This document shows, piece by piece, positions 8,340-17,670 of a stretch of 64,000 bases of DNA. Position 1 is the first letter of the stretch; each line of letters opens with the position of its first letter. The DNA is taken from the NCBI GenBank assembly GCA_963662315.1, contig OY759353.1, positions 2,368,001 to 2,432,000 of the forward strand, given 5' to 3'. This DNA is from Geopsychrobacteraceae bacterium. Lineage in GTDB: Bacteria > Desulfobacterota > Desulfuromonadia > Desulfuromonadales > Geopsychrobacteraceae. The notes beneath the pieces were generated by a model that worked only from the letters and a program-made list of their open reading frames with translations, was not told the DNA's origin and made no database searches. The position numbers and the translations under genes are program-made.

Positions 8340-10136
8340 TTACTTTTTCAAAGCATAATCTGCCGCATGGGCACCGGCACGGCGGCCAAAAACAACCGTA
8401 TCGGCAATAGCATTACCGCCCAGGCGATTATACCCATGAACCCCACCTGTGACCTCACCAGCGGCATAAAGCCCCGGAATCGGCCAACTTTGCAGATCAA
8501 GCACTTCCGATTCTGTACTAACAGCAACACCACCCATAGTATGATGAATTCCCGGTGCAACGCGTACCGCATAATATGGTGGTTTGGTCAGATTCAACGG
8601 CATATCACTGCGGCCAAAGTCCTTATCTTTACCTGAAGCCTGATAGCCATTATAAGCCTTGACCGTTTCGGGCAACGCCCGCATGCCAGTGATCTTCGCC
8701 AGACCTTCAACAGTAGCGGATTTCTTAAGCATTCCCAAATGCTCATAACCCCGGACCATTTTTTTCTTGGCGATCAACTGTTCATCAAAAACCAGCCATG
8801 CATAACGATCTTTTTGTTTCAGAATTGCATCAGAGGCACGGTCCCGAGTGGTCAATTCATTCACAAAACGCTTGCCATCGGTATTGACCATAATCGCACC
8901 GACACCACGCACCGTCTCTGAAATCAGGATCCGGCTATCCTTACCGATAGTCGGATGGGCCTGAACCCAATCGATATCGGTCATGCTGGCACCTATTTCC
9001 GCCGCCATTTTTATGCCATCACCGGTTGCGGTGATATTGTTGGAACTGGTCATTCCGGCAAAAGTGGGGCGATAAAAGGCAATCATTTCCTTATTCATAC
9101 CATAGCCACCGGTTGCCAACACGACAGCCTTGGCTGAAACCATATAGTAACCGCTATGCTTACCGTGAACCACCACACCAACAACCTCACGGTTATCATT
9201 CAGAACCAGCTTCTCCACTCTTGAGTTCAACCGGGTATCGAGGTTTTCTTTTTTGGCAACCTTGCGCAGGGTCTGAATAATAAGGGGACCGGCGCTGGCG
9301 CCATTAGCCGGAGCATGGGTTCTCTCGACACGAGCACCACCAGAACGCTTGAGCCCATCCAGGTTCACCCCCTGAGCCTCAAGCCATTTCACCGCATCAG
9401 CCGACTCTTCCGCCATAATGCGTACCAGCTTTTCGTCATTTTTGTAACGGCCACCTTTCATGGTGTCCTCAACATACCAATCAACCTTGTCTTTGATTCC
9501 TTTTTTGGCCTGCTGTGGAGTCCCGACGGCATTGATGCCGCCCGCTGCAAGCATTGAGTTTCCACCCGTAAAGGGAGCTTTTTCAAACAGAATAACCTTG
9601 GCACCTTTACGCTTGGCTGTGAGCGCTGCATCAAACCCAGTACTGCCAGCCCCGACAACGATAACATCCGTCGTTTCTGCAGGCCCGGCCGCTATCGCTT
9701 TTTGGATTGCATCCTGATCCCAATCCTTGTCCCAGGCTTCCTTCTGAGGAGCATCAGCAAAAGGCATTGCGTCGACTTCAAAGGAATGGCAATTGTTGCA
9801 AAAAAGCTGAGGCGTTTCATGCCCTTTATGACAGGTCGTACAGTTGATGTTCCCGAGATGTGACGTGTGGGGATCAAATTCAAGATCGGCATTGGCCAGC
9901 TGGTCGTAGCTACCATGACATTCAACGCATTGGCTATTTTCATACGTTTCACTGTCAGTCACGTGAACCTTATCACCATCAGCATGACAGGATTGACAAC
10001 CGGACATCTCGGCATGGTAGGCAGCCAGGGTATTATCCTTAGCAGCAGGCGCTACCTTGCCGCCATTACTCAGAGTGCTGCAGGCAGCAACAATCCATGT
10101 AACGGCTAACAACATGAGCAAATATCGCTTTTTCAT
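8340..10136 (-). CDS. ifcA: Tetraheme flavocytochrome c (fumarate reductase family, IfcA/Ifc3-like), lipoprotein
   Basis: Lipobox IVAAC. Four CxxCH motifs (CQSCH, CVECH, CTTCH, CNNCH). FAD motif VVGAGSTG. Catalytic motifs QAHPT, TTRD, GIHHTMGG, HGYNRLGGNA. Stretches such as LKRSGGARV, MTSSNNITATGDG and KDSRILISETVRG match Shewanella frigidimarina IfcA as I recall it. ATG 10136 follows an AAGGAG RBS. Confidence 0.88.
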   Translation of the reverse strand: MKKRYLLMLLAVTWIVAACSTLSNGGKVAPAAKDNTLAAYHAEMSGCQSCHADGDKVHVTDSETYENSQCVECHGSYDQLANADLEFDPHTSHLGNINCTTCHKGHETPQLFCNNCHSFEVDAMPFADAPQKEAWDKDWDQDAIQKAIAAGPAETTDVIVVGAGSTGFDAALTAKRKGAKVILFEKAPFTGGNSMLAAGGINAVGTPQQAKKGIKDKVDWYVEDTMKGGRYKNDEKLVRIMAEESADAVKWLEAQGVNLDGLKRSGGARVERTHAPANGASAGPLIIQTLRKVAKKENLDTRLNSRVEKLVLNDNREVVGVVVHGKHSGYYMVSAKAVVLATGGYGMNKEMIAFYRPTFAGMTSSNNITATGDGIKMAAEIGASMTDIDWVQAHPTIGKDSRILISETVRGVGAIMVNTDGKRFVNELTTRDRASDAILKQKDRYAWLVFDEQLIAKKKMVRGYEHLGMLKKSATVEGLAKITGMRALPETVKAYNGYQASGKDKDFGRSDMPLNLTKPPYYAVRVAPGIHHTMGGVAVSTESEVLDLQSWPIPGLYAAGEVTGGVHGYNRLGGNAIADTVVFGRRAGAHAADYALKK

Positions 10137-10211
10137 AAATATCTCCTTACAAAACAAAAAAGAAAAAATAGGCGACGCGCAGGTTAACACGCCGACAAAT
10201 CAAGGAAAACC

Positions 10212-10265
10212 TATTGACGTTAATGTCTTTTCTGTCTTTTAAAGAGACTTTGTCGATATTGACAT
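10212..10265 (-). promoter_or_regulatory. 9-bp-period direct-repeat array upstream of the flavocytochrome gene (candidate CitB-type regulator site)
   Basis: tattgacgt|taatgtctt|ttctgtctt|ttaaagaga|ctttgtcga|tattgacat; mirrors the array at 31164-31218. Confidence 0.6.
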
Positions 10266-10375
10266 TGACTATTTTATTTGAGAGGGAGAAGAGGTCCTTA
10301 CCGTTAATGATACACCATGCATCGCACTTAGCAAGCAGGCCATGTCAGACGATACATGGTGAATCCTAATGATTT

Positions 10376-12340
10376 TTATTCCCGAGAACCCTCCTTCTCG
10401 ATAAGCCCGAGGTTCTTCATTTTGCGCCACAACGTCCCCCGGCTAATACCAAGAATTTTTGCAGCTTCATTACGGTTATAACGAGATTCCTCCAATGCCG
10501 CCATAATAATATCCGTTTCCGTTCTATTACGCTGATCCACCATCCTCTCTTTAAAGTCTTCAGCTGCACCGACCTCGATCTTTCCCGGCCTACTGACTGG
10601 TCTGGATTTCTGGTAATATTCCTCCAACTCTTCAAACAACTCATCAAAAAGAGCCGTTTTAAACTTTGCATCGCTAAGCAATACCAATCTTTCTGAGAAA
10701 TTTTTCAATTGCCTGATATTCCCAGGCCAGGGGTGTTGGACCAGAAGATTCAAATAGCTATGAGGAATAGTTAATGGCGGCAGCCTATATTTAGCTTCAG
10801 CGCCCCGCATGAAATGCGTTAGCAATAAGGGAATGTCCATTGATCGCTCACGCAGTGGCGGCAATTTAATACTGAGAGCACTGATTCTGAAATAGAGGTC
10901 CTCCCGAAAGGAACCATTAAGCGTAGCACTTGCCATATCTTTGTTGGCCGCAGCAATCACACGAACATCGATCGGAATAACTTGATCGGAACCAATACGC
11001 ATGACTTCACGTTCCTGCAAAACCCTTAACAGCCTCGTCTGAACGGTATCTGCGGCGGCTGAAATTTCATCAAGAAAGATGCTGCCATTATGGGCCAGTT
11101 CAAACAATCCCGGCTTCCCACCTTTTCGCGATCCCGTAAACGCCCCTTCATCGTAACCAAACAACTCACTCTCGAGCAAATGTTCTGGAATAGCGGCACA
11201 ATTAATTGATACGAACGGCTGCTTATTACGCTTACTAAGAGCATGAATGCTATGGGCAACGATCTCTTTACCGGTTCCCGTTTCGCCACTGATCAAAATA
11301 GCTGAGTCAGCCCGGGCAACCAGCCGAACCCGACTAATAACCTCTTTCATTTCTTTACTGCAGTGAATGAGGTCGTCAATACCATAGTTGGCGGTAAACC
11401 CTTTCGAGAGTCTTTTCCTGACCTTACTTTCGGTTTTGATCAGGTTACTGGAATCAGCAAAGGTCGACACACCACCAACCACTATACCTCCCATCATAAC
11501 GGGCGTATGGCTGAAAACAAGATGCTTGCCAGCAATCTCTTCAATATTGTCTTTAATGCTTCGCTTCTCACTCATCGCTCGTAAAAGCTGTGGAGAACTG
11601 ATAATCTTGGAGATCTTGGTGCCCAGAGCATCAGACTCACCGATCTCCAGCAACGCTAGCGCTGCTGCATTGATCATCGATATTTCACCGCCCCTGTCGA
11701 CAGAGATAACCCCCTCCGCAGTTGAATTCAAAATAGTCTTATATTCCAAGTATTTTTCATGCTCCAATCGTTGCGAATGCACAACCGACTTGGCATCTTC
11801 TATGGTTGTAATAATGGTCTCTGGAGAACTTTGAATTTCTGCTGTTTTCAAACCATGAGCCTTAGCTATTTCTACAGAATGCGGTCCTCCAACAACGACT
11901 TCAAATCCTTGTTTTTGCGAATTGGCAATAACCTCCTCCAAGCTTTCCAGCCCGGTATAGATTTTTTGCATGGCATTTATGCCCAACAACTCGCAAAGCG
12001 AATCCAAATGGTCAAGCTTGCTTCTAAAAATAGGAAAAACAATTTTCTTCCCCAACGTTGATGCTTCTTTTAATCTCAGAATCAGGTTCATATCAGATTG
12101 AGGAAAAGCCAGAACCGGGATTTGCAGATTTTCCCTAAGGATGTGAGCGGTTCCCCGACGACCGAGAATAATTTCAACCCCTTCCTTCTCCATAGTCTTG
12201 GCAACAGGGATCGCATCTTCAAGGCCCTGAGTAACTACTGTAATATCAACTTCATCATCATAAGCCGCATGTCGCTTTATATGCTCAATCATCGAACTAT
12301 TCGAAGTAAAAACACCAATCCTGAACGGTACAATACTCAT
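10376..12340 (-). CDS. PrpR-like sigma54-dependent activator (PrpR_N, PAS, AAA+, Fis HTH)
   Basis: PrpR_N-like IILGRRGTA. Walker A GETGTGKE, ESELFGYDEGAFTGS, FLDEI. C-terminal NRNEAAKILGISRGTLWRKM. Alternative GTG start at 12370. Confidence 0.92.
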   Translation of the reverse strand: MSIVPFRIGVFTSNSSMIEHIKRHAAYDDEVDITVVTQGLEDAIPVAKTMEKEGVEIILGRRGTAHILRENLQIPVLAFPQSDMNLILRLKEASTLGKKIVFPIFRSKLDHLDSLCELLGINAMQKIYTGLESLEEVIANSQKQGFEVVVGGPHSVEIAKAHGLKTAEIQSSPETIITTIEDAKSVVHSQRLEHEKYLEYKTILNSTAEGVISVDRGGEISMINAAALALLEIGESDALGTKISKIISSPQLLRAMSEKRSIKDNIEEIAGKHLVFSHTPVMMGGIVVGGVSTFADSSNLIKTESKVRKRLSKGFTANYGIDDLIHCSKEMKEVISRVRLVARADSAILISGETGTGKEIVAHSIHALSKRNKQPFVSINCAAIPEHLLESELFGYDEGAFTGSRKGGKPGLFELAHNGSIFLDEISAAADTVQTRLLRVLQEREVMRIGSDQVIPIDVRVIAAANKDMASATLNGSFREDLYFRISALSIKLPPLRERSMDIPLLLTHFMRGAEAKYRLPPLTIPHSYLNLLVQHPWPGNIRQLKNFSERLVLLSDAKFKTALFDELFEELEEYYQKSRPVSRPGKIEVGAAEDFKERMVDQRNRTETDIIMAALEESRYNRNEAAKILGISRGTLWRKMKNLGLIEKEGSRE

Positions 12341-12510
12341 ATGGTCTCTCGTCTCCCGGAAATGTATCACTCACACGTTCAATTTATAAGACACATTGTT
12401 CTACATGTAAAGCAGATACCTCAACAGCATCACCACCAAAACACCTTCTCATAATTTAGATAATACCGTTTTAAAAGAACAATTTAGATGAAAGCTTATT
12501 TCATTACAAT

Positions 12511-12526
12511 TGGCACACTACGTGTA
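12511..12526 (+). promoter_or_regulatory. Variant sigma54 promoter of tctA-tctC-tctB
   Basis: TGGCACACTACGTGTA: perfect -24 element, -12 reads GT instead of GC. Confidence 0.6.
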
Positions 12527-12666
12527 ACAACGTACAAAACCGCCTAATAAAATCTCGTTATACGAGACAGGCACAGCACAATGAATTGCCCATCAAGCCA
12601 AACAGCAATTCGACCATATTTAAATTCAATGCATTTCCGTTGAATACGGAGACCAAAGGAGAGCCT

Positions 12667-14205
12667 ATGTTTGAAAGTATCAGCGATGGATTCTTGATGA
12701 TTATGCACTGGCAAAATATGCTTGCCATCATTTTGGGACTTTACATGGGATGTATAATTGGTGCCCTGCCAGGACTGTCCCCCTCTATGGCCATTGCTCT
12801 GGCCGCCCCCTTCACATTCGGCCTGCCCCCAGTGACGGCCTTATCCTTTCTACTTGGAGTCTATAAAGGCGGCGTGTATGGCGGTTCTCTTAGCGCGATA
12901 CTGCTTGCCACGCCAGGAACACCCGAAGCAGCAGCAACAATTTACGATGGCTTTCCATTGGCTAAATCAGGCCGAGCACGACAGGCCCTGGATGCTGCCC
13001 TATACGCATCCATATCCGGAGACCTCATTGGCACAGTAATTCTGATCACGGCAGCACCCTTTGTCGCCCACTATGCACTCAAGATTGGTCCAGCTGAAAT
13101 GGTACCAATGATCATGCTGGCCCTGGCCGTAATCATCACCACCCTGGGCCACGAAAAAATCAAGGGCTTTCTCGCCGCAACTATTGGCGGAATAGTAGCT
13201 CTGGTCGGAATCGACCCAATAGAAGGAAGCACGCGATTTATTTTTGGCAACTTCGAGCTTAGCGATGGAATCTCACTGATTCCGTTTCTGGTAGGTCTTT
13301 TTGCCATGCCCGAAGTCATCTCAGTTATTATCGAATCTCTACACAAAAACAAGCAGGACAAAAACATCAAAACGGCCAATGAAGAAATCCAAGTCCAAGG
13401 AGAACGACTGACACTACGCGAGGTCCTCCCCTATTGGAAGACTATCGTACAGAGCGCTATCATCGGCAGCGGCATTGGCGCACTACCGGGCCTGGGATCA
13501 ACGGCGGCAGCATTTACCTGCTACGGACTGGCAAAAAAAGCGTCAAAGCACCCCGAGCAGTTTGGCAAGGGAAGCATTGAGGGCGTCCTGGCAGCGGAAA
13601 CAGGAAACAATGGGACGTGCGGCCCGGCACTCATTCCGCTCATAACCCTCGGAATCCCCGGAAGCTCAACCACAGCGGTACTGTTTGGCGCTCTTTTGAT
13701 TTATGGCATAGTACCGGGACCCAAGATATTCATCGAGCATGGAGACATTGTCTACGCCATCTTCATTGGCCTGATCATTGGCGGATTACTGCTATATCCA
13801 GTGGCCTTATCAGTAATCAAATATGCGTCAAAAATCATTTACAAAATCAATCAGGGCCTCCTATTTTCCGGCATTTTTCTATTGTGCTTTACAGGATCCT
13901 ACGCCATCCGCAACAGCATGCTCGATGTCTACTGCATGACGGCCGCAGGCATACTCGCCATCATTATGCGCTATTTTACCCTGCCAATAGGGCCAACCCT
14001 GATCGCCTTTATCCTGACACCAATCCTCGAAAGTTCATTTCGGCAAAGCCTCATGATCGCCGGAAACAATCTAGCGATTTTCGTCTCTTCAGGAATCGCC
14101 ATCTTTCTCTGGACCGTCATAATTTTTATCGTCTCATACGGCCCGTTAAAAGCTTTTCTGAAAAGCAGACAAACAAAATCGACCCTAAAAGAAACATACA
14201 ACTAA
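12667..14205 (+). CDS. tctA: Tripartite tricarboxylate transporter large subunit TctA
   Basis: Motifs GALPGLS, GGVYGGSLSAILLATPGTP, AAETGNN, TLGIPGS. ATG 12667 follows a GGAG RBS. Confidence 0.93.
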   Translation: MFESISDGFLMIMHWQNMLAIILGLYMGCIIGALPGLSPSMAIALAAPFTFGLPPVTALSFLLGVYKGGVYGGSLSAILLATPGTPEAAATIYDGFPLAKSGRARQALDAALYASISGDLIGTVILITAAPFVAHYALKIGPAEMVPMIMLALAVIITTLGHEKIKGFLAATIGGIVALVGIDPIEGSTRFIFGNFELSDGISLIPFLVGLFAMPEVISVIIESLHKNKQDKNIKTANEEIQVQGERLTLREVLPYWKTIVQSAIIGSGIGALPGLGSTAAAFTCYGLAKKASKHPEQFGKGSIEGVLAAETGNNGTCGPALIPLITLGIPGSSTTAVLFGALLIYGIVPGPKIFIEHGDIVYAIFIGLIIGGLLLYPVALSVIKYASKIIYKINQGLLFSGIFLLCFTGSYAIRNSMLDVYCMTAAGILAIIMRYFTLPIGPTLIAFILTPILESSFRQSLMIAGNNLAIFVSSGIAIFLWTVIIFIVSYGPLKAFLKSRQTKSTLKETYN

Positions 14206-14287
14206 TTGCTCAGCCTATCAGCGATTTGATGCCCTCCCTCGGTGAGGAGGGCCTATTGACATTCACAAACCAAAAAGGAGAGAGACC

Positions 14288-15259
14288 ATGTTCAGACAGA
14301 GAATCGCGCGGAATTGCGTTTTTTGGATCAGCCTTCTACTTCTCATATCAGGTGGAGGTTCCGTCGCCAGCGCCGCTGACTACCCGTCAAAACCCATAAA
14401 AATTTACTTTGGTTACAAAGCCGGAGGGTCCGCACACACATCCCTGCAGGCGCTGGCCCGCGCACTGGAGAGCACCCTCAACACACCCATTGTCCTGATA
14501 GAAAAGTCAGGAGCCGGAGCGACGATTGCCGGCGGCCACGTTGCCCACGCAAAACCCGATGGCTACACCTTAGGTCTAATAAAATCAACAACTATCACTA
14601 CCGCGCCCCACGAACTAGAACTCTCCTACTCACCCACAGAGGATCTGTCCCACCTGTTTGCCTATGCCGGCCCCCCTTCAGCTTTTACCGTGAAGACCGA
14701 TGCACCATGGAAAACCTGGCAAGACTTCATCACGTACGCCAAGTCAGCCCCCGGACAAGTATCGTGGACAGCAACTGCCGTAACCGGAACCCAATATTTA
14801 CTGATGCAACATATTGGCAAGCTCGAAGGAATTGACTGGCACGGTGTCCCCTCTAAGGGAGGAAGCGAGGCCATGAAGCTGGTACTTGGCGGGCAGGTTG
14901 CAGGGTATGCATCCTCCGGCAGCCATATCTCTCATATCAAATCAGGCTCCGCAAGAGCCCTGCTTGACTTTGGCACCAAAAGTTCTTTCCCCGAGACCCC
15001 AACCATCGAAGAGATTGGCTATAAAGGGCTCGCCATCAAAGGGGAACCTTACATAATCGTTGCCCCCAAAGAACTGCCTAAAGAGATCTCGGAAAAACTC
15101 ATAGCAGCAATGCTGAAAGCCACCCAAGCCCCTGAATACATAAATGTCATTGAGAAATTAAACATGCAACCCATGAACATTTATGGCCAGGACCTAGAAA
15201 ACGCTCTCAGCGAGGGAAGCGACCTGGTGAAAATGCTGCTCGCCTCAGCAAAAAACTAA
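14288..15259 (+). CDS. tctC: TTT substrate-binding protein (TctC/Bug family)
   Basis: Signal peptide; ADYPSKPIK...GYKAGGS, KSGAGATI, KPDGYTL. Confidence 0.9.
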   Translation: MFRQRIARNCVFWISLLLLISGGGSVASAADYPSKPIKIYFGYKAGGSAHTSLQALARALESTLNTPIVLIEKSGAGATIAGGHVAHAKPDGYTLGLIKSTTITTAPHELELSYSPTEDLSHLFAYAGPPSAFTVKTDAPWKTWQDFITYAKSAPGQVSWTATAVTGTQYLLMQHIGKLEGIDWHGVPSKGGSEAMKLVLGGQVAGYASSGSHISHIKSGSARALLDFGTKSSFPETPTIEEIGYKGLAIKGEPYIIVAPKELPKEISEKLIAAMLKATQAPEYINVIEKLNMQPMNIYGQDLENALSEGSDLVKMLLASAKN

Positions 15260-15274
15260 CAGAAGGAGGCAACC

Positions 15275-15760
15275 ATGAGACACCTGGAACATAAAGGACC
15301 TTCCGAAATCATTGCAGCCATTTTCTTTACCGCGGTTGGCTTTGGGCTGATTTTTAAAATTATCCCGGATCAAGTCGCCTCGGGAATCGGGACGATACCA
15401 AATGCCAGAACATTCCCTTATGTCGCAGCATGCGCCTTCACCCTTCTGTCCCTCCTGTGGACGCTCAGAGCATGGTGGCAGCAAAGCAAGAACCAGCAGA
15501 CAGGCAAAGATTACTTGCTATTGCTTGGCTTAGTCATCAGCATGAGTGTCGTTGCTCTTGCGGCACTCATTGATTGGAGCGGTTATCTGCTCGGAGGAAC
15601 CATATCAGTCCTGACCGTATACCTGACAGTTGAAGGAATGCGAAAATGGCCACACAAGGTGGCCATATCAATTGTCCTGGTCGCACTGTTTGCACTGTTT
15701 TTTGAAAATGTATTGAACATTGAAATACCCGTTGGGATATTGGGCATTTCGATATCATAA
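15275..15760 (+). CDS. tctB: TTT small subunit TctB
   Basis: Small membrane protein with ARTFP and C-terminal FENVLNIEIPVG. Confidence 0.8.
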   Translation: MRHLEHKGPSEIIAAIFFTAVGFGLIFKIIPDQVASGIGTIPNARTFPYVAACAFTLLSLLWTLRAWWQQSKNQQTGKDYLLLLGLVISMSVVALAALIDWSGYLLGGTISVLTVYLTVEGMRKWPHKVAISIVLVALFALFFENVLNIEIPVGILGISIS

Positions 15761-15867
15761 CAAGTTCAGACCACAGACTGACCAGGGGGAAAAGACCAGA
15801 CCACATTGCCTCCCGTTCGCCTGTGGGTAAAAATCTAAAGTCAACATTTTAAAATCGCAAAAAACAA

Positions 15868-15909
15868 GAAAAGCGCCCCCAATCCGACAGCGGACTGGGG
15901 GCGCTTTTC
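15868..15909. terminator. Terminator hairpin after tctB
   Basis: GAAAAGCGCCCCCA...TGGGGGCGCTTTTC. Confidence 0.7.
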
Positions 15910-16210
15910 GCTATACCATAACCATCAGCTTCCCACCTTATTCCAGGAAAAAGCACAGAGATTGAAACACATATTGCTCCAGAGAACATAATACATGACA
16001 ATGGTAACCCAAAGTATTGACTTGCGTTTCTCGAATTTTCCGCTGACGTTACCAAACGTCCCCCAAAGAAACAAATAAAACCGATTATTGAACAATTCGT
16101 CTCACGAATTAAACGTTAATTTATTTTCCTCATCAACAAAACCTCGTAAATAAATCCTAAACGTTTAATATTTAAAGAGGAATCAACATTAACAATCCAC
16201 TCTGTCAAAG

Positions 16211-16226
16211 TGGCACAGTCTGTGTA
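16211..16226 (+). promoter_or_regulatory. Variant sigma54 promoter of tcuAB
   Basis: TGGCACAGTCTGTGTA, the same GG-N10-GT form as 12511. Confidence 0.6.
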
Positions 16227-16278
16227 ATCTCTCAATTCATTAAATACTCATCCATTTCAGATCAACGGAGAGATCACA

Positions 16279-17670
16279 ATGAAAGACATTACACAACCTT
16301 ACGATGTACTAGTCATTGGTGGTGGCAACGCAGCATTATGTTCCGCCATCACTGCACGCGAAGCAGGGGCACGTGTGCTCTTGTTGGAGCATGCGTCAAA
16401 ACCTTTTCGAGGTGGCAACAGCAGACATACCCGCAACTTGCGCTGTGCCCATGATGGTCCAACCTCTTTTCTGAAGGGAGCCTATCCCAAGGAGACCTAT
16501 TTAAAGGAATTATTGAAGGTCACGGATGGACAAACGGACGAAAAGTTGGCCCGTATCATGATCGATGAATCAGTCGATGCTCCTCAATGGATGTATAAGC
16601 GCGGGGTGCGCTTTCAGCATATCCAGGGAACTCTGGGGCTGGCACATTCCAATCCCTTTTTTCTGGGAGGTGGACGCGCTCTGGTCAATGCATTCTTTAA
16701 TACCGCCGAAGCCCTTGGGGTCGATGTCGTCTATGATTCAGAAGTTCTGGAGATGGATATTCGTGACGGTAAGTTTCACTCAGCTACGGTTCGAAGTCGG
16801 GCCTTTACCATGGAAGTCAAGGCCAAGAGCGTTATTGTTGCTTCCGGCGGCTTTCAGGCCGATCTTGCTTGGTTGAAAGAGGCCTGGGGCGAGGCCGCAG
16901 ACAACTTTATTATTCGTGGGACCCCCTACAATAAAGGGCGCTTACTCAAAGACCTTATAGAGAAAGGTGCAAAGACAATTGGGGATCCACAGCAATGTCA
17001 CGCCGTAGCCATTGATGGTCGTTCACCGCAGTTTGATGCAGGGATCGTTACCCGTCTTGATTGTTTGTCATTTGGAATCGTTGTCAATAAAAATGCTGAG
17101 CGTTTTTATGATGAAGGTGAGGATTTCTGGCCTAAACGTTACGCTATTTGGGGGAGACTGGTGGCAGGGCAACCAGATCAGATCGCCTATTCGATTATTG
17201 ATTCCAAATCGATCAATCTGTTTATGCCATCGCTGTTCCGCCCGGTTCAAGCTGACTCCATCCGTGATCTGGCTCAGCAGTTGCGACTGGATCCTGAAAA
17301 ATTAGATCAGACCGTAACCAATTTCAACCAGGCCGTTCAAGCGGGAACTTTTGACAAGGACACGCTTGACGATTGCTTTACAACTGAGCTGACTCCGGCC
17401 AAAACCCATTGGGCGCGCCGTATCGACTCTCCTCCCTACTACGCCTATCCACTACGACCTGGCATTACCTTTACCTACCTGGCTGTCAAGATTGATGAAA
17501 AAGCCCGCATCATTATGCAAGATGACAAGCCCGCTGAGAATATCTACGCGACAGGGGAAGTCATGGCGGGAAATATTCTTGGAAAAGGGTATATGGCTGG
17601 GACTGGAATGACCATTGGCACTGTTTTTGGGCGTATTGCCGGACAGGAGGCTGCCGCTTATGTTGCTTAA
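16279..17670 (+). CDS. tcuA: FAD-dependent tricarballylate dehydrogenase
   Basis: Motifs VIGGGNAALC, RGGNSRHTRN, CHAVAIDGRSPQFDAGIVTRLD, EDFWPKRYAIWG, RPGITFTY, MAGNILGKGY. Confidence 0.92.
   Translation: MKDITQPYDVLVIGGGNAALCSAITAREAGARVLLLEHASKPFRGGNSRHTRNLRCAHDGPTSFLKGAYPKETYLKELLKVTDGQTDEKLARIMIDESVDAPQWMYKRGVRFQHIQGTLGLAHSNPFFLGGGRALVNAFFNTAEALGVDVVYDSEVLEMDIRDGKFHSATVRSRAFTMEVKAKSVIVASGGFQADLAWLKEAWGEAADNFIIRGTPYNKGRLLKDLIEKGAKTIGDPQQCHAVAIDGRSPQFDAGIVTRLDCLSFGIVVNKNAERFYDEGEDFWPKRYAIWGRLVAGQPDQIAYSIIDSKSINLFMPSLFRPVQADSIRDLAQQLRLDPEKLDQTVTNFNQAVQAGTFDKDTLDDCFTTELTPAKTHWARRIDSPPYYAYPLRPGITFTYLAVKIDEKARIIMQDDKPAENIYATGEVMAGNILGKGYMAGTGMTIGTVFGRIAGQEAAAYVA

Noticed and set aside
10325..10350. 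Possible sigma54 promoter for the flavocytochrome gene (minus strand TGGCCTGCTTGCT)
   Set aside because: The GG-to-GC spacing is 7 nt rather than the required 10.
10376..12340. Propionate/methylcitrate cycle suggested by PrpR-like, PrpF and aconitase genes
   Set aside because: No prpB, prpC or prpD in the window, and the activator's apparent targets are TTT and tcuAB.
13617..14399. 260-aa alternative-frame ORF overlapping tctA/tctC
   Set aside because: Arg/His/Pro-rich off-frame composition, overlapping well-supported genes.
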